Assembly: GCA_015152565.1 (NCBI GenBank)
Contig: SUTT01000002.1
Span: 18,788 to 82,787, forward strand
DNA: 64,000 nt
From: Cyanobacteria bacterium SIG27
GTDB taxonomy: Bacteria; Cyanobacteriota; Vampirovibrionia; Gastranaerophilales; Gastranaerophilaceae
Direction: 5' to 3'
How positions within the stretch are numbered: the stretch's first letter is position 1; the number at the start of each line of letters is the position of its first letter. Of the stretch, positions 6,415 through 15,995 are shown in pieces. The position numbers were made by a program, and so were the translations under genes. The notes under the pieces are model-generated. The model saw only the letters and a program-made list of their open reading frames with translations, did not search any database and was not told the DNA's origin.

Positions 6415-9177
6415 ATGAAGATTTTTGCCAATATTCAATCCAATAAATCCCTTTTAAGGATTAAAAAGCCGCAAACTTGCCCTATTTTTAAAGGAAATTT
6501 TGACGGCATTAAAAGCATACCTGATGGAGATATTTTCATTTCTTCAAGAAATTCAAAAGAAGAAAGAAAATATCTTGACGATAGACTGTTAATGACTGTT
6601 CCAAATTATCAAGCTTTTACCCCTGAAGTAATTAAATTAGCAAGAAGAAACTATGTTGCTGCTAATTTGCTTTTAACAAGCACTGATTTTTTAAACCAAC
6701 TTAAACGAGGAGAAATGGGTTTAGAAAACATTAAAAGAATGGCTTATATAGATTTTAGTCCTCAGGCTGTTGAAGATTTTGATGAAAGCCTTGAACAAAC
6801 AGGAATAGATTCAGAAGAAAAATTAATCGAGTTAACAACGATAAATAACGCTCTAATTAAAAAGAAATTTTCATATTGCATAAGGGGCAGAGAAGTTATC
6901 CATCTTTTTGGTGCATTAAATAATCCGCAAGATATGCTAAATTTTAGTGATATTTTATTTGAAGCAAGTTTTAGCAACACTGCACTTGATTGCGACTATG
7001 ACTATAATGAAATTATTAATTTTGCCAAAGCAATGGGTGCTAAAAAAGAAGATACTTTATTCAACAAAACATTTGCTCATTTAGCACCTGAATTTAACGA
7101 TTTTAAAACACCGGATGATAAACTTCAAGCAATTGAATATGCAAGAATAACTTTTGAAATAGATAAGGAAATTTTAAAAACAGTTCAACGTTTATATCCA
7201 GAGCTTGAAGATGTTGATATCTATGATTTTTATTCAAGAAATGCAAGTGTTGTTGATTATATTTTCAACCAAGAACAAGAAAAAGTTTTTGAAAGACTTT
7301 ATCTTGTAATGCAGTTTGATAAACTTTATAATCTTGAATCATATTCTATTAATGCGCTTTCAAGCGTAGTTGACGCTAAAACTCCTCAAGGAAGAATGGA
7401 ATTATATGAATTTATTGCAAATGATGATATTTCCCCAACAGAACTAGCTCAATTGACAAAACAAAGCTATTATGACGGTATAAGCTGCGCTGATGTTATA
7501 ATTAACAGACTTGATACCATTAAAGAAATGGTCAAATACTATGATATCCCAATTGAATGGGCAAAAATTTGCTATTTAGAATTAGGGCATACGATAAACG
7601 TTGCAAAAAATTCAGATGATGACTTCTATACAGATCCTCTTTTTACTTTGATTTTTGCATCAGACAATTTAGGCTTTAGAACTGATAAAGAATTTAGCGA
7701 TTTTTACTTAGAGCTAACAAAGGGTAACTCTAAATCTCAAAAAAACAAAAAATCACAACAAAAAATCTCCCAAAAAGATATCGTAAATTTCATCAATCTT
7801 TTAAGTTTTCTTGAACCTGATATTGCCTATATGTACAAGCAAAACAAGAAATATCCTCTTTATAGCGAGCTAAAGAAAAGAAAATTAGAATTTGAAAAAG
7901 TTCAAGATAAAATTGAATTTTTAATTGATAAACATAATGCCAGACGCTATCTAAAAGACGCATTTTACACTTATAAAGAATATTATGAACATTATCAAAC
8001 TTCAAAAAATCTCGAAGCTTTTATTTTAGACGCTATTGAAGCAGAAAAAGAAAAAGCAAGAGAATCGTCATCTTTAGAAGAAAAATTCTTATACTATTTA
8101 GATGATGAACAAGCTCTTGAAATGTTTTTAATAAAAAATAAAATCTCGCTAGACGAGCAAACTCCACACACAAAATTGTGCTATAAAATATTAGATTGTC
8201 TTGTTAAAAATAAAGATGAAAAAACTGCACAAGAACTGTGTAAAAAACTTGCTGAAAGTGATTTTATAGTAAATTCAAAAAATTCTCTTGGTAAATTTGT
8301 AAGCTCAAAAAACGATGAAGAGTTGCAAATTTTATTGGAAATAATTTTAAATGAAAACTTCTCTTCAATTCAAGAAATTAACGCTTTAATTAAACCATTT
8401 TTAAATAAACAAAACCAAATTATCGGACTTTTGACTCACTTTAAAGCTCAAAACATTGATTTTAGAAACTACATATCAAAAATCACTCAAATTCAAAGAG
8501 ATTTAAACAATTTTGGTTTATCAATTTCAATTAATAACGATAATATTCAAGCTCTAAATTTAGAAGATTTAAAAAATAATAAATTAAATCTTCAGCAAGC
8601 TTGCGAAGTCGCAAAAAGACTCCTTTCCCAAGAAGAAGGCAACTTCATTTTGGGATTAAAAAATTCAACAATAGAAATTCATCCTCCGTACACCGCAGGG
8701 CAAATTGCAAAAGAATTAACTTCAAGCCAAACAGGAAGATATAAAGAAAATTATAGCGGATTTTTAAATTTATTCCGCTTAAGAACAAGTGATTTAGGCT
8801 TTAAAAATCCAAATCCACAATATGAAGAAACTCTTCAAGAAATAATCAAAAAAGAATTTAGTGATTTAATTTCGTTTTTAAATTCTGATATGTATATGTA
8901 TGAGCTAGAAAACGGAAAATTACCAAATTTGACTCTTCATGCTAAAATGCGCCTAATTGACAGATTTATTTTGCAAGAAGACAAAGATTTATTCGATGAA
9001 AGTTCGTTTGATGAAATAAAGAAAATTTTAGAAATAATTTATACTCAAACTCCACACAAAATGGAAAAAGCAAAAAATGGCTTTAGTGTTTATTTTAAAT
9101 ATGGTGAAAATGAAGAAATAAAAGCGATTTTCACCCAAGATGGTGAAATGCTGACTGTTGCTAAAAATAAACTATAA
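6415..9177 (+). CDS. Large (920 aa) hypothetical protein; C-terminal about 80 aa resemble a small HAxxR...R toxin-like module
   Basis: Long uninterrupted ORF with no signal peptide. The N-terminus is MKIFANIQSNKS...PIFKGNFDG. The C-terminus is LTLHAKMRLIDRFIL...GFSVYFKYGENEEIKAIFTQDGEMLTVAK. Confidence 0.7.
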   Translation: MKIFANIQSNKSLLRIKKPQTCPIFKGNFDGIKSIPDGDIFISSRNSKEERKYLDDRLLMTVPNYQAFTPEVIKLARRNYVAANLLLTSTDFLNQLKRGEMGLENIKRMAYIDFSPQAVEDFDESLEQTGIDSEEKLIELTTINNALIKKKFSYCIRGREVIHLFGALNNPQDMLNFSDILFEASFSNTALDCDYDYNEIINFAKAMGAKKEDTLFNKTFAHLAPEFNDFKTPDDKLQAIEYARITFEIDKEILKTVQRLYPELEDVDIYDFYSRNASVVDYIFNQEQEKVFERLYLVMQFDKLYNLESYSINALSSVVDAKTPQGRMELYEFIANDDISPTELAQLTKQSYYDGISCADVIINRLDTIKEMVKYYDIPIEWAKICYLELGHTINVAKNSDDDFYTDPLFTLIFASDNLGFRTDKEFSDFYLELTKGNSKSQKNKKSQQKISQKDIVNFINLLSFLEPDIAYMYKQNKKYPLYSELKKRKLEFEKVQDKIEFLIDKHNARRYLKDAFYTYKEYYEHYQTSKNLEAFILDAIEAEKEKARESSSLEEKFLYYLDDEQALEMFLIKNKISLDEQTPHTKLCYKILDCLVKNKDEKTAQELCKKLAESDFIVNSKNSLGKFVSSKNDEELQILLEIILNENFSSIQEINALIKPFLNKQNQIIGLLTHFKAQNIDFRNYISKITQIQRDLNNFGLSISINNDNIQALNLEDLKNNKLNLQQACEVAKRLLSQEEGNFILGLKNSTIEIHPPYTAGQIAKELTSSQTGRYKENYSGFLNLFRLRTSDLGFKNPNPQYEETLQEIIKKEFSDLISFLNSDMYMYELENGKLPNLTLHAKMRLIDRFILQEDKDLFDESSFDEIKKILEIIYTQTPHKMEKAKNGFSVYFKYGENEEIKAIFTQDGEMLTVAKNKL

Positions 9178-9321
9178 CTTTTCAGGATGGTTTGAATTTG
9201 ATAAAACTATCTCTTGATATTCATTTTTATCAAAATTTATTCCCCAATTTTTAGTGTTTAGGGTTTTATATTTTGGCTTCTTTTTCTTCTTTGGTTTATT
9301 TTCTTTATTATCTTCACTCAT
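9172..9321 (-). CDS. Small ORF (49 aa), Lys-rich N-terminus, translationally coupled to the upstream gene
   Basis: Below the track cutoff. My translation is MSEDNKENKPKKKKKPKYKTLNTKNWGINFDKNEYQEIVLSNSNHPEKL*. The ATG shares one base with the TAA of the 9321..10958 gene (TAATG). The 3' end overlaps the convergent 6415..9177 stop by 6 nt. Confidence 0.4.
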   Translation of the reverse strand: MSEDNKENKPKKKKKPKYKTLNTKNWGINFDKNEYQEIVLSNSNHPEKL

Positions 9322-10958
9322 TACAACAAAACTTCCATATCCATAGCTGATTTTGTTACTCTAACAAGCATTTTAGTATCATCTACTTTTACAATAAAAC
9401 GAGCTAAACCATCATCCTTTTCAGAAAGACGATATTTAATATCGTAGTTTTGAAGTTTTGGTGTTTTAAAGTTATAAAGCGCAAAAACATCGTCAAAAAT
9501 ATAACCTAAAAGCCTAATGGTGTCTTTATAAGATACACACATAAACCCTCTTTGAGGAGCTACTTCAACACTTGATAAAACTGTTGGTTCAAGCGGTTTT
9601 AGGGGTTCTTCCTCTTGAACAATTTGAGGAATTTCTTCTTTTTTTACTTCTTCCGCAACAGGTTCAGCTTGTGGTTTTAGCGGAACTTGCGCATAGGCTT
9701 GCGCTGGAATATCAATAAAAGTATCTTCTTTTAAGATTTTTTGAATAATATCATATTCACTTTCAGGTCTTTTTGAAGTATGCTTTGCAAAAGTGTTATC
9801 ATTTCTTGAATATTTATTTTTTAATTCAGGTTCATAGCTAGATAATTCATAGTTTCTTTTAATTGCAGATGTTGCAGGGTCGCAAAAACCTGTTTGTTTA
9901 ACATTTCCATCAAACACAAAATATTGACCATCGTTTTTAACTTCTTCTTTTTTGTTAACTATATTTGGTTTTTTATTGCCATTTTCTTGTGCGTATACTT
10001 CATTTGAAGAAATTTTTCTTGGTGTTCTTCTAGCAAATAATAAAACAAGAATAAATAACAAACCTAAAATAACCATTACGCTTGTTAAAACAAAATCAGT
10101 TAAATTAATTCCAAAGCGAGCCAAGAAATTAGAAGCTTTGATTTTTAATTCTAATAATTTTGTTTTAGCAATGTAGCTAAAATCAACTTTTGTTTTTTCA
10201 TCTTTTGCAATAGCTTCTAGTTGAGCAATGTCTTCATCTGATAAAATTGCTTCTTCATCTTCGTTTTGTGCAATTATATCTTTGTTGTTTTGCTCAATTT
10301 CTTCTAAAAGTTCGATTTGCTCTTGGCGAACTCTGTTGACTTCTTGTTTAACAACATCTTCAATTTTAACTTGGGGAAGTTCTTTTTCTTTTTTATTTTG
10401 CTTTGCATCGTTTTTTAAATTTTCTTTTTCTAGTTTTTCTTTTTTAAAATTTGAAAAATCGGAATTTTTTTTTTCAACTTGCGAATTTTCGCTTAAAGTT
10501 TCAGTTTTTGTTTCAGGCGCAACTTGCGCTACTTTTTCTTGTGCTTGCTGAGAAGTTTGCAAAGAGTTTATATTTTTAATATTAACTTTAAAATTCAACG
10601 GTTTTGTAGTGTTGATGTCTATTTTTACATAGCCATTGTTAGCAGCTTCCCCTGCATATTGAAATAAATTAGTTGAAACACTTCTGATTTCAGTTCCTGC
10701 AGATGTTGTTCTAACGGTTTCGTTTTTTGTTTCAGGAAGCAAAATATAATAATTTAAATCGCTTTTTTTAATTACTTTAACCGGCTCTAAATATTGAGTT
10801 TTAGTGTATAAATCGACACTATATAAGCCATCCTGCGCTTTTTTAAGTTCTACTTTAACAAGAGAATTTTTAAATTCAGCATCAATACCAAAAGCTAAAT
10901 TGGTTGTAAATAATAATCCTACTGCCCCAAGTAAAATTTTATTTGTAAATTTATACAC
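9321..10958 (-). CDS. Secreted/membrane-anchored protein: signal peptide, beta-rich N-domain, charged coiled-coil, one TM, C-terminal domain
   Basis: 545 aa with a GTG start and an AAGGA RBS. The signal-like N-terminus is LLGAVGLLFTTNLAFG. The TM segment is FVLTSVMVILGLLFILVLLFA. The N-domain is vaguely AMIN-like. Confidence 0.7.
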   Translation of the reverse strand: MYKFTNKILLGAVGLLFTTNLAFGIDAEFKNSLVKVELKKAQDGLYSVDLYTKTQYLEPVKVIKKSDLNYYILLPETKNETVRTTSAGTEIRSVSTNLFQYAGEAANNGYVKIDINTTKPLNFKVNIKNINSLQTSQQAQEKVAQVAPETKTETLSENSQVEKKNSDFSNFKKEKLEKENLKNDAKQNKKEKELPQVKIEDVVKQEVNRVRQEQIELLEEIEQNNKDIIAQNEDEEAILSDEDIAQLEAIAKDEKTKVDFSYIAKTKLLELKIKASNFLARFGINLTDFVLTSVMVILGLLFILVLLFARRTPRKISSNEVYAQENGNKKPNIVNKKEEVKNDGQYFVFDGNVKQTGFCDPATSAIKRNYELSSYEPELKNKYSRNDNTFAKHTSKRPESEYDIIQKILKEDTFIDIPAQAYAQVPLKPQAEPVAEEVKKEEIPQIVQEEEPLKPLEPTVLSSVEVAPQRGFMCVSYKDTIRLLGYIFDDVFALYNFKTPKLQNYDIKYRLSEKDDGLARFIVKVDDTKMLVRVTKSAMDMEVLL

Positions 10959-11026
10959 CGTTAACTAATCCTTTTAATTTATAATTTATTATTCATATTA
11001 TAATATAAATATATCGCAATGTAAAA

Positions 11027-11944
11027 ATGGTTAAGATTATGAACAAAAATGAAAACAATTTTAAATCCGGTTTAGTAACAATTGTTGCCCGTCCTAATGT
11101 TGGTAAATCCACTTTATTAAATAAAATATTAGGTCAAAAAGTGGCAATTGCAACCCCTTTGAGGCAAACTACAAGAAAAAATCTTAAAGGAATTTATACT
11201 GATTCATCTTGTCAAATTGTTCTGATTGACACCCCTGGAGTTCATAAACCACTTAACGAATTAGGCAAATATTTATCTAACCAATCAAAAGATGCTTTAG
11301 TTGATACTGATTTAATTTTATTTATGGTTGATGCGACAGAGCCTTGTGGACTTGGTGATAAATGGATTTGGGATAATTATTTGAAAGATACAAAAACCCC
11401 AATTGTTCTTGTATATAATAAAGTTGATTTAGTTAAAAATCTAGAGCAAAGAGAACTAAATGTTTATACCTATAAAAAAACTTTTGAAACAAATCTAGAT
11501 AGTGTTAAAATTAGCGCAAAAACTGGTCGTAACGTTGATGATTTAATTAAAAAAATCAAAGAGTATCTTCCATTTGGTGAAAAGTTTTATGACGAAGATA
11601 TGGTTTCAGATACTAATATGCGTGAAATTGCCTCTGAAATCATCAGAGAAAAAATCATTTTAAACACAAAAGATGAAGTTCCGCATTCTGTTGCTGTTTT
11701 GATTGATAGCTACAAAGAAGAAGAAGCAATTGATAGAATTAGCGCAAAAATAATTGTGAATAATGATTCTCAAAAAGGAATTCTAATTGGAAAATCTGGC
11801 GCAATGCTTAAAAAAATCGGTTCAAGCGCAAGAGTAGAACTAGAAAAAATCCTAGAAAAAAAAGTATTTTTAGAACTTTTCGTTAAAGTTCAAAAAAATT
11901 GGTTGAAAGATAAAAACGCTATTAAAGAATTTGGCTTTGAATAA
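11027..11944 (+). CDS. era: GTPase Era
   Basis: 305 aa with G1 ARPNVGKST, G3 DTPG and G4 NKVD. The C-terminal KH domain reads GILIGKSGAMLKKIG. Confidence 0.93.
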   Translation: MVKIMNKNENNFKSGLVTIVARPNVGKSTLLNKILGQKVAIATPLRQTTRKNLKGIYTDSSCQIVLIDTPGVHKPLNELGKYLSNQSKDALVDTDLILFMVDATEPCGLGDKWIWDNYLKDTKTPIVLVYNKVDLVKNLEQRELNVYTYKKTFETNLDSVKISAKTGRNVDDLIKKIKEYLPFGEKFYDEDMVSDTNMREIASEIIREKIILNTKDEVPHSVAVLIDSYKEEEAIDRISAKIIVNNDSQKGILIGKSGAMLKKIGSSARVELEKILEKKVFLELFVKVQKNWLKDKNAIKEFGFE

Positions 11945-13298
11945 ATTTTTTAACTTCTTCAAGTCTTTCTTCTGTTTCAGATTCAATATAAAACCTTAAA
12001 AGTGGTTCTGTTCCGCTTTTTCTAATTAAAAGCGTAGTTAAACCGTTATCAAGAAAAAGTTTTAATCCATCAAGCTCTAATCTTTCTTTAATTGAAAGAT
12101 TAGCAATTGTTGTCATTTTCAAAAAATCATCCATAATGATTTCGGCTTTTTCGTCGCTTTCAAGTTCAATATCAATTCTATCTGTAAAAAATTCACATCC
12201 TGCAAAATCTTTAATTTCTTCAACAAGTTGATGAAGGGTTTTATTTTCTTTAGCTAACATTTCAATAATTAAAAGGTTTGCATATAGACCATCTTTTTCT
12301 GGAATATGTTCACCTGTGGATAATCCGCCTGAGTCTTCTCCTGCTAAAATGCAGTCATTTTTTCTCATTGCTTCAGAAAGCCATTTAAAGCCAACGGGGG
12401 TTGTGATTGTTTTAATTCCAAATTTTTTAGCTACAACATCAACAATATTTGAAACACCCACGGTTTTTATCATACAGCCTGTTTTATTCGCTGAAAAAAG
12501 ATATTTTAATAATACTGCCATAATGATATTAGGGCTTATATAATTACCCTCTTCATCAATTACGCCATATCTATCAGCATCACCATCATTTGCTAAAGTA
12601 ATATAGCCTTTTTGTTTGTATTTCATAAATTTTGGCTTTGGTTCAGGCAAACCTCCCCCAAAATCAGAAGAATGATACATATTAAATGAATCATATTTAA
12701 TATGGTGTTTATCTAAAAGTTTATCAAAATAGCCGATTGAAGAAGAAAAAAGTCCATCAAAAATAATTTTAGGAGGATTATTTTTAATTGCTTCAAAATC
12801 GATGATACTCTCTAAATGTTCAAAATATTTTTCTTCTAAACTTTCTTTTATAATTTCGCCATCATCGGTTTTTTCAATTTCAACATCAATATATTTTAAA
12901 ATTTCATCAGTTATTTCTTTTGTGGCTGGACCAGCGTAATTTGGAATGAATTTAATTCCTTGATATTCTTTTGGATTGTGCGAAGCTGTAAGCATAATCG
13001 CCCCAATGGAATCGGGGTAATATTTAGCAAGATAAGCTACAATTGGCGTTGGAACAACTTTGCTTGATAGAATTACTCTAAAACCAAAGCTTTTTAATAA
13101 TTCTGCGCTAAAAAAAGCAAAATCAGAAGCCATAAACCTTGGGTCATAACCAACAATAATTGTTTTTTGAGGTTGATTTAGGTTTTTAATATATAAGCTA
13201 ATTGCTTTAATTATTCGCTCTACTGTTTCAAAAGTGAATTCTTTGGCGATAATTCCTCTAAATCCATCTGTTCCAAATTTAATAACTATCTTTTCCAT
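11922..13298 (-). CDS. Phosphoglucomutase/phosphomannomutase family protein
   Basis: 458 aa. The active-site loop is TASHNPKEYQGIK, the metal loop is NDGDADR and the sugar loop is GEDSGG. The 3' end overlaps era by 23 nt (convergent). Confidence 0.88.
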   Translation of the reverse strand: MEKIVIKFGTDGFRGIIAKEFTFETVERIIKAISLYIKNLNQPQKTIIVGYDPRFMASDFAFFSAELLKSFGFRVILSSKVVPTPIVAYLAKYYPDSIGAIMLTASHNPKEYQGIKFIPNYAGPATKEITDEILKYIDVEIEKTDDGEIIKESLEEKYFEHLESIIDFEAIKNNPPKIIFDGLFSSSIGYFDKLLDKHHIKYDSFNMYHSSDFGGGLPEPKPKFMKYKQKGYITLANDGDADRYGVIDEEGNYISPNIIMAVLLKYLFSANKTGCMIKTVGVSNIVDVVAKKFGIKTITTPVGFKWLSEAMRKNDCILAGEDSGGLSTGEHIPEKDGLYANLLIIEMLAKENKTLHQLVEEIKDFAGCEFFTDRIDIELESDEKAEIIMDDFLKMTTIANLSIKERLELDGLKLFLDNGLTTLLIRKSGTEPLLRFYIESETEERLEEVKKFIQSQIL

Positions 13299-13399
13299 AT
13301 TGCGTATTATAGCACAAAATCAATATTGATAATATTTTTAAACGATTTAAAAAGTGAAGAATTTTATATAATTGGTTTATAGTTTAAAAAGGAAATAAC

Positions 13400-13822
13400 A
13401 TGGCAAAAGAATTATCTCCAAAACAAAGCAAATTAGTATTTATAATCGTTGGAATTATTTTCACACTTATTGGGTTTTTTATGATTAAAGCGGATATTAA
13501 TACAAAAAATCGAATGGATTCTCAAACTTATTCAACCGATGTTACATATAAAACTCACACAAGTCGCAGCGACGGCAAAACAAAAACAATGTATTCTCCG
13601 ATTTATCATTATTCAGTCAATGGGCAAAATTATGAATGCAAAACTAATTTTTCTTCTAACACAAAACCATCTAAAAAACCTGTTGCTGTGAAGTATATGG
13701 CAAATAATCCAAGTGATTGCTATGTAAATATTGCAGGCAAAAACTTCCTAAATTGGTTGTTTTTAATCCTTGGGCTTGTTGCAATATGTGTGCCTTTTTT
13801 ACCAAAACAAAAGAAATATTAA
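13400..13822 (+). CDS. Small membrane protein (two terminal TM helices around a beta-rich loop; DUF3592-like impression)
   Basis: 140 aa. The N-terminal TM is LVFIIVGIIFTLIGFFMI and the C-terminal TM is LFLILGLVAICVPFL. A hairpin terminator follows. Confidence 0.65.
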   Translation: MAKELSPKQSKLVFIIVGIIFTLIGFFMIKADINTKNRMDSQTYSTDVTYKTHTSRSDGKTKTMYSPIYHYSVNGQNYECKTNFSSNTKPSKKPVAVKYMANNPSDCYVNIAGKNFLNWLFLILGLVAICVPFLPKQKKY

Positions 13823-13835
13823 TCTATACACATTT

Positions 13836-13867
13836 AAAAAGCGAGCTTTCAACCAGCTCGCTTTTTT
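13836..13867. terminator. Bidirectional rho-independent terminator
   Basis: The sequence is AAAAAGCGAGCT-TTCAACC-AGCTCGCTTTTTT. A 7-bp GC-rich stem is flanked by an A-run and a T-run. It sits between the convergent 13400..13822 (+) and 13885..14046 (-) ORFs. Confidence 0.75.
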
Positions 13868-13884
13868 ACAAGAAATTTTTCAAT

Positions 13885-14046
13885 TTAGACCAACCCTAAA
13901 ACTTTTTTGTACCAACTGAAAGTTTCTAATTCTAATCCATTAAATGTTGTTTTCAAACATTGTTTTTTCAAATAGTTTTGAAATTCATCATTGAATTTAG
14001 ACCTAACTGTAGGCTGAGTCTTTGGCTTTTGAGTAGAAAGTGACAT
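13885..14046 (-). CDS. Small ORF (53 aa) with strong Shine-Dalgarno
   Basis: Below the track cutoff. GGAGG lies 5 nt upstream of the ATG at 14046-14044. My translation is MSLSTQKPKTQPTVRSKFNDEFQNYLKKQCLKTTFNGLELETFSWYKKVLGLV*. It ends 18 nt before the bidirectional terminator. Confidence 0.5.
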   Translation of the reverse strand: MSLSTQKPKTQPTVRSKFNDEFQNYLKKQCLKTTFNGLELETFSWYKKVLGLV

Positions 14047-14288
14047 AAGAACCTCCTAGCGAATATACAACTAACAACACTGATTTTGAACATATTATAT
14101 CATATAAAAAATATTTTGTAAGTGCAGTATCGAAAAAATAGCACACTTGTAGTAGAACTATTGATTTATCTATATTCTACACCTGTAGCATTTTGTAAAT
14201 TTTTGTTTTTTTGCTTCATATTTTGTAATATGGCAAACATTTTGTTTCAGAAGTTTTATATCTTTATTAGAATAATATTGGATAAACT

Positions 14289-15995
14289 ATGAAAATTTTA
14301 AATGTATCTTTAACAAATTTTTCAACTAATTTAAAAAAACAAAACTCACAAAATAAAAAACAAAACACTACCACAGAAGCTTTAAGTTATCCCAAGTTAA
14401 CTGCTTCACAATATCTTGCTTTTTGCGGAGGATATAGTATAGATTTAGCTCAAACCTATAGCCAATTAAAAGATGAGCAATATCCAATAGGCATTCAAAA
14501 AGCGGTTTTAGAAACACTTGAAAATGAAAACAAAGAAAACAAAACTCTTTATGATATTCATTTTGAAAAATATAAAGGAATTTTAGACTGTTATTCGCTT
14601 GATGAACTAAAAGAAAAATTCCCTGAATTTAGCGACGTAATTAGTGCTAATGATGTTGAAACAACCCCTGAAAGCTTCATTGGGAAATTTCAAAATAATG
14701 AATTAGAGCTATTCTCTCAAGATGAAGATTTAACTCTGCAATTAATTAAATTATACTGGGGTCAAGGCTTTTCATTAACTGATTTATCAGATTACATTGC
14801 AAGAAATGATGAAAACAATCAAGGAATTAATTTATACTATGCAATGACTAAAAAGCTAAATATTCCTATAATGAATCGTCGTTATGCTTTAGTTTTAAAA
14901 CTTTCAAACAAAGAATACAATGAAAAATTCACTTCCGAAATGTCAATTCGCTTAAAAGAAGCAAAGGAAGCTAAACTTCAAAAAGCGCAAGGAGAGCCCG
15001 TTGTAATTCCAAGAGGAGAATTAAGCGAAGCGCACAAAGAACACATTTCAAGAGGATTGAAAAAATATTATTTAGAAAATCCAAATAAAATCTATGAAAT
15101 GTCACAAAGACAAAAAAGATTTTATGAAGAAAACCCGCAAAAAAGAGAAGAATTGTCCCAGGTTGCTTCTCGTGCTTGGAGAGAAACCACAGAGGGCGCA
15201 AGCGTTTTAAGAGCTTTAATTAAATTTGCCAAAAAAGATGGCACTATAATTACTGCTGAAGAAATAGAAAATCCTTTCAAATTAGACAGCAAAAAGAATA
15301 ACCTTTTAGCGGCTTTTTGGAAAAGAAATGTTTGGGCAAAAGACAAATTTTCAACTGCAATGAAAAAATCTTGGGCAGTTCAAAAAGAAAATCCTGCTAT
15401 AAAAGACGAACCTAAAATAGAAGATTTTTTCAAAACAGTTGAGGGTGAAAAAATGAAATTTAGTTTAATGCCTTCAAAAATAAGAAAAGAAGTTTACGCT
15501 TGGGCAAAAGAAAGAGGTTATAATACAGATGGGCTTCTTATAAATGAAGCTATAATCCACAAAGGAGAAAACGTTGAATGTGACAAATTAATTCAACAAA
15601 GCATAAATCGTGCCCGCAAAATTACAAATGAATTTTTAATAACTAATGAAAAATTAGCTAATGATACTGTAACTTGTCTTTTAAGAGCAATTATTAAACT
15701 TCAAACAGCCTTAAAAGAAAGCAAAAAATTGCCAGAAAGTTTGCAAAATGATTTAAATAAAGCAAATGTTATGGATTTTAAATTAAATTTCTTATGTCAT
15801 TGTTATGATTTACCAACGCCAGATAATACGACTTTAAAAGCGCATACAAAAGAGCACACGTTTGAAGAAATAGAACAAATTTATAGTGCTTTAATGGAAC
15901 AAGCAATAGCTTTAGATTGCTATGATTTTGGTGAATATATGGATAAATTATTAGACAAATCTTATATGGAATTAAAAGCACACGGCAAGATCTAG
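14289..15995 (+). CDS. Hypothetical 568-aa protein with HTH-like segment and NUMOD3-like short repeats
   Basis: The N-terminus is [14 protein letters not shown]...YLAFCGGYS. The repeats are [37 protein letters not shown] and [16 protein letters not shown]. No nuclease motif was recognised. Confidence 0.65.
   Translation: MKILNVSLTNFSTNLKKQNSQNKKQNTTTEALSYPKLTASQYLAFCGGYSIDLAQTYSQLKDEQYPIGIQKAVLETLENENKENKTLYDIHFEKYKGILDCYSLDELKEKFPEFSDVISANDVETTPESFIGKFQNNELELFSQDEDLTLQLIKLYWGQGFSLTDLSDYIARNDENNQGINLYYAMTKKLNIPIMNRRYALVLKLSNKEYNEKFTSEMSIRLKEAKEAKLQKAQGEPVVIPRGELSEAHKEHISRGLKKYYLENPNKIYEMSQRQKRFYEENPQKREELSQVASRAWRETTEGASVLRALIKFAKKDGTIITAEEIENPFKLDSKKNNLLAAFWKRNVWAKDKFSTAMKKSWAVQKENPAIKDEPKIEDFFKTVEGEKMKFSLMPSKIRKEVYAWAKERGYNTDGLLINEAIIHKGENVECDKLIQQSINRARKITNEFLITNEKLANDTVTCLLRAIIKLQTALKESKKLPESLQNDLNKANVMDFKLNFLCHCYDLPTPDNTTLKAHTKEHTFEEIEQIYSALMEQAIALDCYDFGEYMDKLLDKSYMELKAHGKI

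Noticed and set aside
11922-11944. The 23-nt overlap of the convergent 3' ends of era and the phosphohexomutase gene, plus 4-nt overlaps at 15992-15995 and 18761-18764 and a 29-nt overlap at 40535-40563.
   Set aside because: This reflects the general compactness of the genome. No hairpin or other signal was seen in the overlaps, so nothing suggests a regulatory antisense mechanism.
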